Origin: Candidatus Omnitrophota bacterium
Lineage (GTDB): Bacteria; Omnitrophota; Gorgyraeia; Duberdicusellales; 4484-171
DNA: 64,000 nucleotides
Assembly (NCBI GenBank): GCA_020352775.1
Contig: CP070684.1
Span: forward strand, 370,631-434,630
Direction: 5' to 3'
Shown one piece after another: positions 34,323-43,382 of the stretch. The notes below the pieces were generated by a model. It saw nothing but the letters and a program-made list of their open reading frames with translations, did not search any database and was not told where the DNA came from. How positions within the stretch are numbered: position 1 is the stretch's first letter; each line of letters begins with the position of its first letter. A program made the position numbers and the translations under genes.

Positions 34323-35330
34323 ATGAAGTTCGGTAATTTAAATGCAGCATATTTATTGTGGGTAGTAATTGGTTTGGGACTGTTTTATTTATGGGCTTTC
34401 AAGAAGAGAGAAAAAGAAATGGAGGGCTTTGCCCAGAGTGAACTTCTCGCTCAGCTGACACTTAACTTTGATAAGAAGAAACAGAAGATAAAGACAGCAA
34501 TAATTCTTAGCGCTGTTTTTTTATGTGTGTTTTCACTGATGCAGCCAAGATGGGGATTTTACTGGCACAAGCTAAAAAGAAAGGGCCTGGATATCCTTAT
34601 TGCCGTTGATGTTTCAAAAAGTATGTTAGCTACTGATATTAGACCCAATAGATTAGAGCGTTCAAAGTTAGCAATAAAAGATTTAACGCGCAAAATAAAA
34701 GGAGATAGAATCGGACTCATTGCCTTTGCGGGAAAAGCATTTTTGCAGTGCCCCTTAACAATTGATTATAATGGTTTTTTACTTTCTTTGGATAATCTTA
34801 GTGTTGGCATTATACCCCGGCCGGGAACTTCTATTACTGCTGCCATAAATGAAGCCATAAAAAGCTATAAAGACATAAGTAAAGAATATAAAGTTCTAGT
34901 GATCATTACTGATGGTGAAGATCATGAGGGCGATGCCATAAAAGCGACTGAAGGTGCCAAAAAAGAAGGAATTAAGATATTTTGTATCGGGATAGGGACA
35001 AAAGAAGGAGAGCTTATTCCTATTGTTGATGAGGCAGGTAAAAAAACATTTCTTAAGAATAGAGAAGGAAATTTTGTAAAAAGCCGCCTTAATGAGTTAC
35101 TGTTGCAAAAAATTGCTCTTTCTACTGAAGGGAGCTATGTGCGTGCTAGGGGAGCAGAGTTTGGTTTGGATTTAATTTATGAACAGGAACTTTCTAAGAT
35201 GGAGAGAAGAGATATTGAGGGAAAGATGGCAAAAAAATACAAGGAACGATTTCAGATTCCTTTGGCTTTAGCATTTCTGTTATTGTTGGTGGAGCCATTT
35301 TTGATTCCGTTAAGAAAGAAAAGTGAGTAA
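34323..35330 (+). CDS. VWA-domain membrane protein (BatB-like)
   Basis: MIDAS motif IAVDVSKSM, IITDGEDHEG, and TM helices at both ends. Confidence 0.85.
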   Translation: MKFGNLNAAYLLWVVIGLGLFYLWAFKKREKEMEGFAQSELLAQLTLNFDKKKQKIKTAIILSAVFLCVFSLMQPRWGFYWHKLKRKGLDILIAVDVSKSMLATDIRPNRLERSKLAIKDLTRKIKGDRIGLIAFAGKAFLQCPLTIDYNGFLLSLDNLSVGIIPRPGTSITAAINEAIKSYKDISKEYKVLVIITDGEDHEGDAIKATEGAKKEGIKIFCIGIGTKEGELIPIVDEAGKKTFLKNREGNFVKSRLNELLLQKIALSTEGSYVRARGAEFGLDLIYEQELSKMERRDIEGKMAKKYKERFQIPLALAFLLLLVEPFLIPLRKKSE

Positions 35331-36078
35331 TATGAAAAGATTTTGGCGTATAATATCCAGCACAATCTTTTTATCATTGATGATGATTCCTTTAAGCTTT
35401 GCTGCCAAAGGAGAAAAAGAGATAATAAAAGCTAATAAGCTATATAGCGAAGGAGAGTTTAGGGAGGCGCTCAAAGTGTATAGCGAAGCGCTTGCCCTAA
35501 ATCCAAATTCAGATGTTATAAACTTTAATAGAGCCACGGCATTGTATAAGACAGGTAATTATCGGGAGGCAGGAGCTGGATTCACTAATGTATTAATTAC
35601 TGATAATCCCAAACTCCAGGCAAAAGCCACTTATAATATAGGTAATAGTAAATACAAACAAGGAGAGCTTAAAGAAAGCACGGATTTAACGCAAGCGATA
35701 AGCCTTTATACTGAAGCCTTGAATTACTACAGAAGGGCGATAGAATTAGATGAAGAAGATCGAGATGCCAAATATAATTATGAATTTGTAAAGAGAAAAC
35801 TAAAGACGTTGAAAGAGAAAACAAAGCATATGCCAAAACCAAGACAGAAAGAACAACCGCAGCCAGAAGCTAAGGAGAAACCGCAAAAGCAACAAGAACC
35901 TGAGAAGGGAGAAGCACCGCGAGAACAAGACGAGCGACCACAACCGGTTCTGGAACGAGACGAGATGTCTGAGCAAGAAGCGCGTATGCTTCTTGAGGGT
36001 CAAGAAGAAAAAGAAATCGGAGAAGTTATTACCGAAAAAAGTAAACGCCCATATCCTGAAGTTTTAAAGCATTGGTAG
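35323..36078 (+). CDS. TPR protein with Pro/Gln/Glu/Lys-rich tail (BatC-like)
   Basis: Signal or anchor segment, then TPR helices (EFREALKVYSEALALNPNS, NYREAGAGFTNVL). The tail is low-complexity: KPRQKEQPQPEAKEKPQKQQEPEKGE. It overlaps the upstream gene by 8 nt. Confidence 0.7.
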   Translation: MSNMKRFWRIISSTIFLSLMMIPLSFAAKGEKEIIKANKLYSEGEFREALKVYSEALALNPNSDVINFNRATALYKTGNYREAGAGFTNVLITDNPKLQAKATYNIGNSKYKQGELKESTDLTQAISLYTEALNYYRRAIELDEEDRDAKYNYEFVKRKLKTLKEKTKHMPKPRQKEQPQPEAKEKPQKQQEPEKGEAPREQDERPQPVLERDEMSEQEARMLLEGQEEKEIGEVITEKSKRPYPEVLKHW

Positions 36079-36079
36079 A

Positions 36080-37927
36080 ATGAATAAATTAAAAATAAAT
36101 TATCTGGTATGTATTTTACTTTTAGGTGTTAGTCTTTGTTATGCCGATGATGTAAAATTTGAGGTAACAACTGATAAAGACAAAGTTTCTTTGGGGCAAA
36201 GCGTAAAATTGAATTTCTCTTTTTATGGATTGCAAAATATTCCCGCTCCGCAGGCGCCCCAAATAGAAAATTTCCAGACCCGTTATCTCGGTCCTTCCAC
36301 AAGAGTATCAATAATAAACGGTAAAGTTTCTTCATCTATAACCCATACTTATACTCTCTTGCCTTTTAAAACAGGTGCATTTACTATCGGACCTTTTTCA
36401 GTTAATTATAAAGGAGATGTATATGCTTCTAAGCCCATACAACTGGAAGTAGTAGAGGGTCCCCTAGAAGAATTACCCTGGAGTTTAGACAGGGAGCAAG
36501 AGGCAGAATTAAAGGATAGAATTTTTCTAGTGCTTGAAGTTGAAAAGACTAATGTTTATCTGAATGAACTAGTACCGCTCACGGTAAAACTATATGTGCA
36601 GAATCTTACTGTAAGAGATATTCAGTATCCACAGTTTAAGCGTGAAGGATTTTCTATGGAGGAATTCCAAGAGCCCAGACAGTATCAGCAGGTCATTGGA
36701 AGGGTTTTAGGAGGAGTTTTGTATGATGTAATAGAATTTAAAACTAACATTTTTGCCATAAAAACAGGAAAATTTATGTTGGGTGAGGCACAGCTTTCCT
36801 GTAATCTCATCGTAAAAAAAGAGAGGCGCAAACGCCAGAGGTCTCGTGCCCAAGATTTTTTTGGTGGGTTTTTTGATGATTTTTTTAGCGGAGATGCCTT
36901 TGAGGATTTTTTTGCCGGCTATGAAACCTACCCGTTAACTTTAGAATCAGCTCAAATACCCATGACAGTAGTTGATTTACCCCGAGAAGGAAAACCTGCT
37001 GAGTTTGATGGAGCAATAGGGGATTTTAAATTTGAGTTAGAAGCCGGGCCCCAAGAGCTAAAGGTGGGGGATCCCATTACGCTCAGGATGATTATCGAAG
37101 GAGAGGGTAATTTTAATACTGTCCGTTCTCCTCAACTCAGTTCCCAGGAAGGTTTTAAAGTGTATGATCCCCAGGCAACCCTTAAAGATAATAAGAAGAT
37201 TTTTGAACAAGTTCTTATTCCTACCACAGAAAACGTAAAAAAGATTCCAAAGATTACATTTAGTTTTTTTAACCCTAAAAAAGAAAACTATGAGACTATT
37301 GCCAAAGGAGCCATTGCGATAAAAGTAGCTAAACTGGAAAAAGAAGAAGGATTTAGAATGGTGGGGATGCCGGGTGTAGAATTAACGCCGTTAAAGGAAG
37401 AGATTCTCGGAAGAGATATTGCTTATATTAAAGAATCAGCCGGTAAATTAAAGAGAAAGGGAGCATATCTTTATAAGAATAAGGGGTTCTTATTGTTTCA
37501 GGCAATACCTTTGCTTACCTTGGTCGTGCTTTTAGTTACGCACAAAAAAAGAGAAAGGCTAAAAACAGATATTCCTTATGCGCGCTGGCTGCACGCGCCT
37601 AAGAAAGCAAGAAAAGGTTTTAATAAAGCTAAAGCCTTACTTGAAAGTAACAATGCGCATGCTTTTTATGAAGTGGTTTTTAAAACATTACAGGAATATT
37701 TAGGTGATAAATTACACCTGCCCACCGGAGGAATTACTGCTAGTATTGTGGACGATATATTAGAACCAAAAGGGATAGCGCAAGAAATCCTTAAAATTCT
37801 AAAAGAGATTTTTTCTGAGTGCGATATGGCACGCTATGCACCTTCGGAATTTAGTCAAATACAGATGCTGGGGTCATTGGAAAAGCTAGAAGAGATTATT
37901 AATTACCTTGAGGAACAAAAATTATGA
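36080..37927 (+). CDS. BatD-like (oxygen-tolerance family) membrane protein
   Basis: 615 aa. Signal peptide, repeated beta-sandwich segments, one TM helix (LLFQAIPLLTLVVLLV), and a C-terminal helical region ending CDMARYAP. Confidence 0.75.
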   Translation: MNKLKINYLVCILLLGVSLCYADDVKFEVTTDKDKVSLGQSVKLNFSFYGLQNIPAPQAPQIENFQTRYLGPSTRVSIINGKVSSSITHTYTLLPFKTGAFTIGPFSVNYKGDVYASKPIQLEVVEGPLEELPWSLDREQEAELKDRIFLVLEVEKTNVYLNELVPLTVKLYVQNLTVRDIQYPQFKREGFSMEEFQEPRQYQQVIGRVLGGVLYDVIEFKTNIFAIKTGKFMLGEAQLSCNLIVKKERRKRQRSRAQDFFGGFFDDFFSGDAFEDFFAGYETYPLTLESAQIPMTVVDLPREGKPAEFDGAIGDFKFELEAGPQELKVGDPITLRMIIEGEGNFNTVRSPQLSSQEGFKVYDPQATLKDNKKIFEQVLIPTTENVKKIPKITFSFFNPKKENYETIAKGAIAIKVAKLEKEEGFRMVGMPGVELTPLKEEILGRDIAYIKESAGKLKRKGAYLYKNKGFLLFQAIPLLTLVVLLVTHKKRERLKTDIPYARWLHAPKKARKGFNKAKALLESNNAHAFYEVVFKTLQEYLGDKLHLPTGGITASIVDDILEPKGIAQEILKILKEIFSECDMARYAPSEFSQIQMLGSLEKLEEIINYLEEQKL

Positions 37928-38703
37928 AGAGAAAGACTTTCTCTAAAATCTTTATTTTGGTCCTTATATTTGCGGCTAGTTTATTTTTTCAAAGCTTAAT
38001 CTGCTTTTGCGAAAATACAAACTCTGGCATAGAAAACTTTTATCGTGCTAATTTTCTATATGAACAGACTCAATACACAGAGGCGATCAAGCAGTATGAA
38101 GCATTGATTGAAAAGGGGTTGGTGAGTGCAAACCTTTATTATAATTTAGGGAATTCCTATTTTAAAAAAGGAGATTTAGGCAAAGCAATCCTTTATTATG
38201 AGCGTGCTAAGCGCCTTGCACCAAGAGATATTGATTTGGAATCAAATTATGCCTACGCCCGTTCTCTGATAAAAGCTAAAATAACCGAACAAAGGCCTTT
38301 ATGGTTTGTGCATATAACAGGAAAACTTTTCGCAAAGCTTACCATGGATGAACTTACTTTATTTATTTTCTTTCTTTATATTGCTATTGTATCCAGCATT
38401 ATTCTCGGTCTGTACCTTAAATTTATGAAACCTTATACCAGATTCCTTTTAATTATCTTTGGGATAATGCTTATTCTTGGTGTTTTTGCTTTAGGTGCAA
38501 GGATATGCTGTCATTATGCTGATGCAATTATTGTTAAAGAAGCAGAGGCTAAATTTGAGCCCTTCGAGCGGGGAACAACCCACTTTGTGCTTTCAGAAGG
38601 TATGAAAGTAAGCATCCGCTCCTCAAAAGATGGATGGGCCAAAGTAAAGCGTATCGACGGAAAAATCGGCTGGGTGAATCAGTCATTTCTGGAGAGAATC
38701 TAA
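37924..38703 (+). CDS. TPR plus TM plus SH3b-like protein (BatE-like)
   Basis: TPR segment NLYYNLGNSYFKKGDLGKAILYYERAKRLAP, two TM helices, and a C-terminal DGWAKVKRIDGKIGWVNQSFL (SH3_3-like). The ATGA overlaps the BatD stop. Confidence 0.7.
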   Translation: MKRKTFSKIFILVLIFAASLFFQSLICFCENTNSGIENFYRANFLYEQTQYTEAIKQYEALIEKGLVSANLYYNLGNSYFKKGDLGKAILYYERAKRLAPRDIDLESNYAYARSLIKAKITEQRPLWFVHITGKLFAKLTMDELTLFIFFLYIAIVSSIILGLYLKFMKPYTRFLLIIFGIMLILGVFALGARICCHYADAIIVKEAEAKFEPFERGTTHFVLSEGMKVSIRSSKDGWAKVKRIDGKIGWVNQSFLERI

Positions 38704-38759
38704 AGAAGATATCCTCTGTTAAAAAAAGATATATAATAAAAAAGAGGGGAGAAGACGCA

Positions 38760-39128
38760 ATGAGGATCAAGTTTGAGACGGCCACAGTTAGCTTTGAGGC
38801 AGAGTTTAATGAAACTCAAGCTGCAAAGGAAATTGTTCAAAACCTACCCATTAGCTCTACAGCATCAACCTGGGGAGATGAGATTTATTTTGATATCGGT
38901 GTTAAGGTTTCGCCTCAAGGAGCAACCATGGAGGTGGAAGAAGGAGATATAGCGTATTGGACTCAAGGGCATTGTCTCTGCGTGTTTTTTGGGCCCACTC
39001 CCGCAAGTTCTGGGAAAAAACCAGTTCCCGCAAGCCCGGTAGTAATTGTGGGTAAAACCAGAGCTTCACCCCAAGAGTTATGTCAGATTCAGGGAGGAGA
39101 GGAAATCACTGTTTCTTTATCCAGCTAA
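38760..39128 (+). CDS. Cyclophilin-like-fold small protein (TM1367-type family, by memory)
   Basis: ATG 38760 follows AAGAGGGGAGAAG. The sequence is MRIKFETATVSFEAEFNETQAAKEIVQNLP...WGDEIYF...GDIAYW...LCVFFGPTP. The track start 38634 would overlap the BatE-like gene. Confidence 0.6.
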   Translation: MRIKFETATVSFEAEFNETQAAKEIVQNLPISSTASTWGDEIYFDIGVKVSPQGATMEVEEGDIAYWTQGHCLCVFFGPTPASSGKKPVPASPVVIVGKTRASPQELCQIQGGEEITVSLSS

Positions 39129-39138
39129 CTAACTTTTC

Positions 39139-40767
39139 ATGTCTAAAATCAATAAATCCTTAATTGGTTGGATTCTTGGCGGCTTAGCCGGATTAGCAAT
39201 ATTTATTGCGTTTTTTTATCACGCTTATCCTATTGCTTCGGTCGATTTACGTTTGAGCAAAGAAGATGCGCTTAAGAGGGCAGCGATATTTGTTGAAGAT
39301 AAAGGTTTTGATTTAGCCGGCTTTAATCACACCGTAATATTTCACTCTGATTACTATGCCTCAGCTTATTTACAAAAAACTCAAGGGATAAAAAAGTCTA
39401 ATGAACTGATTGCCCAAGGGATTCCAGTTTGGTTTTGGAGAATACGCTGGTTTAAGGAATTGGAAAAAGAAGGATTTGTTGTTGATGTGGATCCTTCTAG
39501 TGGAAAAATTCTGAAATTCTTTCATTCTTTGTTAGAAGATGCCAAAGGAGAAACTCTAAGGTTTAACGAGGCACTTAATATCGCCAAAGCTCAAATGGAA
39601 TCGGCTGCTAAGGACTTGAGGCAATATGAGCTGAAAGAGAGCGGCACTATAGAGCAGAAAAATAGAACCGATCATTATTTTGTATGGGAGCGGAAAGGCT
39701 TTAAGATCAAAGAGGCTACGTTGCGCGTCGATGTTGATATTTACGGCAACGGGCTAGGAAGATATAGAGAGTATCTTAAGGTTCCGGAAGAATTTTACCG
39801 CTCCTTAAGCCAGGAAACTTCACGTGGGGCAGTACTGGCCATGGTTTCAAGAATTCTTATCTTTTTATTCACCATCGCCGGGATAATAATTATTATTGTT
39901 CAGCGCACCCAGCTACAGTTTTACTGGAAAATGGGATTGGTTTTTGCCTGCATTGTGGTATTTACTGAAATCATATCTTTTTTTAATAGTATACCCTTGG
40001 CATGGAGCTTTTATCCCGACACGATGAGTAAATTTGTGTTTTTAGCTGCTCATTTCGGCAATTCTCTTCAAATCGCGCTCCTTTATGGATGCATGATATT
40101 TGCTTATGGGGTGTTAGGCGAAGGCTTCTCGCGCCAGATCTGGAAAACAAAAACTCCTTTAATTGATGCTGCCCTAAGTAAAGATGTCTCGTTTGGTAGG
40201 GGCGCAACTGTTTGTGTGGTGGGATATTCGGTGGCGTTTATTTTTCTAGGCTATGTGACAATTTTTTATTTGGTAGGAACGAGATTCTTTAATATCTGGA
40301 TGCCGCCCGATACCGAGTATTCCAATATTTTAGGTACTGCGATGCCATTTCTTTTTCCTTTTACGATTGCAATTAGCGCCGCTGCCCTGGAAGAATTTAC
40401 TTTCAGGCTCTTTGCGATACCTTTTTTTAAGAGAATCTTGCGTTACAGTTGGCCCGCAGTTTTAATCCCGGCGATAGTCTGGGCTTTTGGCCATACCCAT
40501 TATGAGATTTTTCCCAATTACGTAAGGGGCATTGAGCTGACATTATTCGGGATTTTGCTGGGAATAGTGTTTTTAAAATACGGGCTTGAGAGTGTAATCA
40601 TAGCGCATTTTGTTATTGATGCGGTGCTTGCGGGCCTTCCTTTGCTTAGATCGCAAAGACCGTATTATTTTCTTTCCGGAATAGCGGTGGTTGCTTTTGC
40701 TTTTTTACCGGTCTTTATATTTCTGATTGTGGCAAGAAGAAAATCTTTTTTAGCCAAAAGTCGTTAA
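39139..40767 (+). CDS. CPBP-family intramembrane glutamic protease with large N-terminal extracytoplasmic domain
   Basis: Motifs EEFTFRLF, FGHTHY and HFVIDA lie in the C-terminal TM bundle. About 220 aa of soluble domain follows the first TM helix. Confidence 0.75.
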   Translation: MSKINKSLIGWILGGLAGLAIFIAFFYHAYPIASVDLRLSKEDALKRAAIFVEDKGFDLAGFNHTVIFHSDYYASAYLQKTQGIKKSNELIAQGIPVWFWRIRWFKELEKEGFVVDVDPSSGKILKFFHSLLEDAKGETLRFNEALNIAKAQMESAAKDLRQYELKESGTIEQKNRTDHYFVWERKGFKIKEATLRVDVDIYGNGLGRYREYLKVPEEFYRSLSQETSRGAVLAMVSRILIFLFTIAGIIIIIVQRTQLQFYWKMGLVFACIVVFTEIISFFNSIPLAWSFYPDTMSKFVFLAAHFGNSLQIALLYGCMIFAYGVLGEGFSRQIWKTKTPLIDAALSKDVSFGRGATVCVVGYSVAFIFLGYVTIFYLVGTRFFNIWMPPDTEYSNILGTAMPFLFPFTIAISAAALEEFTFRLFAIPFFKRILRYSWPAVLIPAIVWAFGHTHYEIFPNYVRGIELTLFGILLGIVFLKYGLESVIIAHFVIDAVLAGLPLLRSQRPYYFLSGIAVVAFAFLPVFIFLIVARRKSFLAKSR

Positions 40768-40773
40768 AACAAA

Positions 40774-41349
40774 ATGGAATTATTTCCCTTATCGCTATTA
40801 GTATTGTTGAGTGTCGTGGGGTTTATCGCTATTTTTTTTACCACCTTCGGAACCCTGATTATTTTTATGGGAGCGGCTTTATTCGCTTTTTGGACTAAAT
40901 TTTCTATTATCTCCATCGGGGCGCTGGCTTTTTTGTTTATTCTTTATCTTATCGGAGAGGTCTTAGAATATTTACTGGTAGTCCTGGGAGTTAAAAAGCT
41001 CGGTTCTTCCAATGCTGCGATAATCGGCGCGCTATTCGGAGGAGTTATCGGGGCAGGTTTGGGGCTTTTAGCGTTTGGAATTAATGTGGTAGTGGGCACT
41101 TTTTTGGGAATTTTTCTGGGGGCCTTTTTAGTTGAGTTATGGATTCATAAGGATTTAAAAAAATCCCTAAAAGCCGGTGCCGGTGGGATTATCGGCAGAC
41201 TGGGCTCTATTGTGGCTAAAGTCATTATTGCGGTTGCGATGTTAACCATAATCAGCGCACAAATTCTTAAAAGTTTGGAGGCTAAATCTTTAGATATACA
41301 AAAAGAGATACGAAAAGAGATTATTTATCACAATGCAATAAGAATTTAA
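40774..41349 (+). CDS. DUF456-like membrane protein
   Basis: Four or five TM helices and a Gly-rich LGVKKLGSSNAAIIGALFGGVIGAGLG pattern. Confidence 0.55.
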   Translation: MELFPLSLLVLLSVVGFIAIFFTTFGTLIIFMGAALFAFWTKFSIISIGALAFLFILYLIGEVLEYLLVVLGVKKLGSSNAAIIGALFGGVIGAGLGLLAFGINVVVGTFLGIFLGAFLVELWIHKDLKKSLKAGAGGIIGRLGSIVAKVIIAVAMLTIISAQILKSLEAKSLDIQKEIRKEIIYHNAIRI

Positions 41350-41396
41350 GGTTAACGCGCGTTCTGTTTTAAGGTGGTATAAAATAAGAGCAAAAA

Positions 41397-42122
41397 ATGA
41401 AAAGATGTGTGTTTTTTTTAATTCTATTGAGTGCAATTAATGCCTACCCCCAGGATAATTATTCTCGACAGAGAGAAAGAATGGTAGAGACTCAGATTGC
41501 CCAAAGGGGCGTAACTGATGAGCGGGTGCTTGCAGCGATGAAAAAGATCCCGCGCCATAAATTTGTGCCTATTTACCTGAGGGGGTTCGCCCATAGAGAT
41601 AGTCCTTTACCCATCGGTTACAACCAGACTATTTCGCAGCCTTATATCGTGGGCCTTATGAGCCAACTTCTAGAGTTAAGAGGCAATGAAAAAGTTTTAG
41701 AGATTGGAACAGGAAGCGGTTATCAAGCCGCGGTTTTAAGCTTATTATGCAGAGAAGTTTACACCATCGAAATTTTAAAACCCCTGGCTGATTCAGCGCG
41801 TCGCAGACTCGAACAACTGGGCTATCATAATATAGAAGTTAAGCACGGTGACGGGTATTTAGGCTGGCCCCAATATGCTCCTTTTGATGCGATTATCGTT
41901 ACCGCGGCCCCGGATCAAATACCTCCTAAATTAGTAGAGCAGCTTAAAGAGGGTGGGAGAATGGTCCTTCCGGTGGGGAAGTATTTTCAAACTCTTAAGG
42001 TAGTAAGGAAGGTCAAGGGCCAAATAAAAGAAGAAAATATTATTCCGGTGAGATTTGTGCCGATGATAAAATCTAAAAATAAGGTTAAGCCCAAAAAAAA
42101 GAAGTGTCCGTGCAGTGAGTAG
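41397..42122 (+). CDS. pcm: Protein-L-isoaspartate O-methyltransferase with N-terminal signal-like segment
   Basis: ISQPYIVGLM and SAM motif VLEIGTGSGYQAA are present, plus PFDAIIVTAA. The N-terminus is MKRCVFFLILLSAINAYP and the tail is KNKVKPKKKKCPCSE. Confidence 0.9.
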   Translation: MKRCVFFLILLSAINAYPQDNYSRQRERMVETQIAQRGVTDERVLAAMKKIPRHKFVPIYLRGFAHRDSPLPIGYNQTISQPYIVGLMSQLLELRGNEKVLEIGTGSGYQAAVLSLLCREVYTIEILKPLADSARRRLEQLGYHNIEVKHGDGYLGWPQYAPFDAIIVTAAPDQIPPKLVEQLKEGGRMVLPVGKYFQTLKVVRKVKGQIKEENIIPVRFVPMIKSKNKVKPKKKKCPCSE

Positions 42123-42825
42123 TTCAAGAAAAAAATTCTTACTTTCTCCTTATACTTTAAACATTTTCCTAGATTGTCCGCGTTGTTTCTGGTTCCATGT
42201 AATTAAAGGAAAAGAGTTTCGACGTCCCGAACCGCCCACTTCCAGCCTTCCAGTTGGAATGGATAATATCATCAAAAGTTATTTTGATCAATACCGCAAA
42301 ATCAACTCCCTACCCCCCGAAGTCTCAAGCACTTTGAAAGGAAAGCTCATAGAGCAGTCTCTTATCAAAGATTGGCGTTTCTGGAAGACAGGGTTAAAAT
42401 TTACTGATACTGACGGTCAAACTTTGTGCGGTGCACTTGATGAATGTTTGATTTCTGAAGGGCTCTATATCCCGGTTGATTATAAAACCAGGGGATTTGA
42501 TTTAAAAGAAGATTCCCATTCTTATTATATATTCCAGATGAGCTGCTATAATTTTCTTATTAAAAAAAATAATTATCCTGTTTCGGATTATGCTTATCTT
42601 ATTTTTTATATCTCTCAAGCAATAAAGGGGGAGGGATTAGTTAAGTTTAAAATAGAAGTTAAAAAAATTAATACTCTAAAGCCAGATAAGGTTTATGAGA
42701 CATTTCGTAAGGCCCTGGAAACACTGGAGCTCAAAGAGCCACCCCCAGCATCTAAAGATTGTCAGTTTTGTCTCTGGGCACAGCGCATAATAGAGAGTCA
42801 TAAAAAACAATTGCGATTATTTTGA
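42115..42825 (+). CDS. PD-(D/E)XK nuclease-superfamily protein, Cas4/RecB-like with CxxC...CxxC
   Basis: GTG start overlapping the pcm stop. Motifs: CPRCFW (N-terminal), ALDEC...IPVDYKT (D...D-x-K), FQMSCY (QxxxY), and CQFCLW (C-terminal). Confidence 0.55.
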   Translation: MSSSRKKFLLSPYTLNIFLDCPRCFWFHVIKGKEFRRPEPPTSSLPVGMDNIIKSYFDQYRKINSLPPEVSSTLKGKLIEQSLIKDWRFWKTGLKFTDTDGQTLCGALDECLISEGLYIPVDYKTRGFDLKEDSHSYYIFQMSCYNFLIKKNNYPVSDYAYLIFYISQAIKGEGLVKFKIEVKKINTLKPDKVYETFRKALETLELKEPPPASKDCQFCLWAQRIIESHKKQLRLF

Positions 42826-42841
42826 ATTTTAATCTTATAAG

Positions 42842-43297
42842 ATGAAAGTTTATCTAGCGCGCCATGGTAAATATTTAACCCCCGATATGGACCTCGCCGG
42901 GTCTTTAAGTGAAGAGGGGATGCAGGAGACTAAAAGAATCGCAAAATTATTAAAGAAAAAAAAAATAAAAATAGACGTTATGTGGCATAATAAAAAGATA
43001 AGAGCCGCACAGAGTGCACGAATCTTTTCAAAAGTCATAGGGGAGGTAGAAACCGTATCAAGAGATGATTTGGGCCCCGCAGACCCGGTAAATAAGTTTA
43101 CCAAATCAATTCAGACGCTTAATAGGGATTTAATGATTGTGGGGCATAATCCTTTCCTGCAAAAACTATCCGCTCAGCTCCTTGGCGGCACAATCAGATT
43201 CGATTCTTTTTGTTTACCCAACTCAGGTATTATTTGCCTGGAGCATGACCAGGGGTGGAAAATCTCTTGGAGTCTTACTCCGGACTTGGTGGGCTAG
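42842..43297 (+). CDS. sixA: Phosphohistidine phosphatase SixA-like
   Basis: MKVYLARHGK gives the RHG catalytic motif, with RAAQSA and a later VGHNPFL. 151 aa. Confidence 0.7.
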   Translation: MKVYLARHGKYLTPDMDLAGSLSEEGMQETKRIAKLLKKKKIKIDVMWHNKKIRAAQSARIFSKVIGEVETVSRDDLGPADPVNKFTKSIQTLNRDLMIVGHNPFLQKLSAQLLGGTIRFDSFCLPNSGIICLEHDQGWKISWSLTPDLVG

Positions 43298-43382
43298 GGT
43301 AAAAAAACCTTTTAATAAAAGAGGAGAGGTTGTATAATAAAAATCCAATATTTACTGTTAGATTAGGATTAATGTTGAGATT

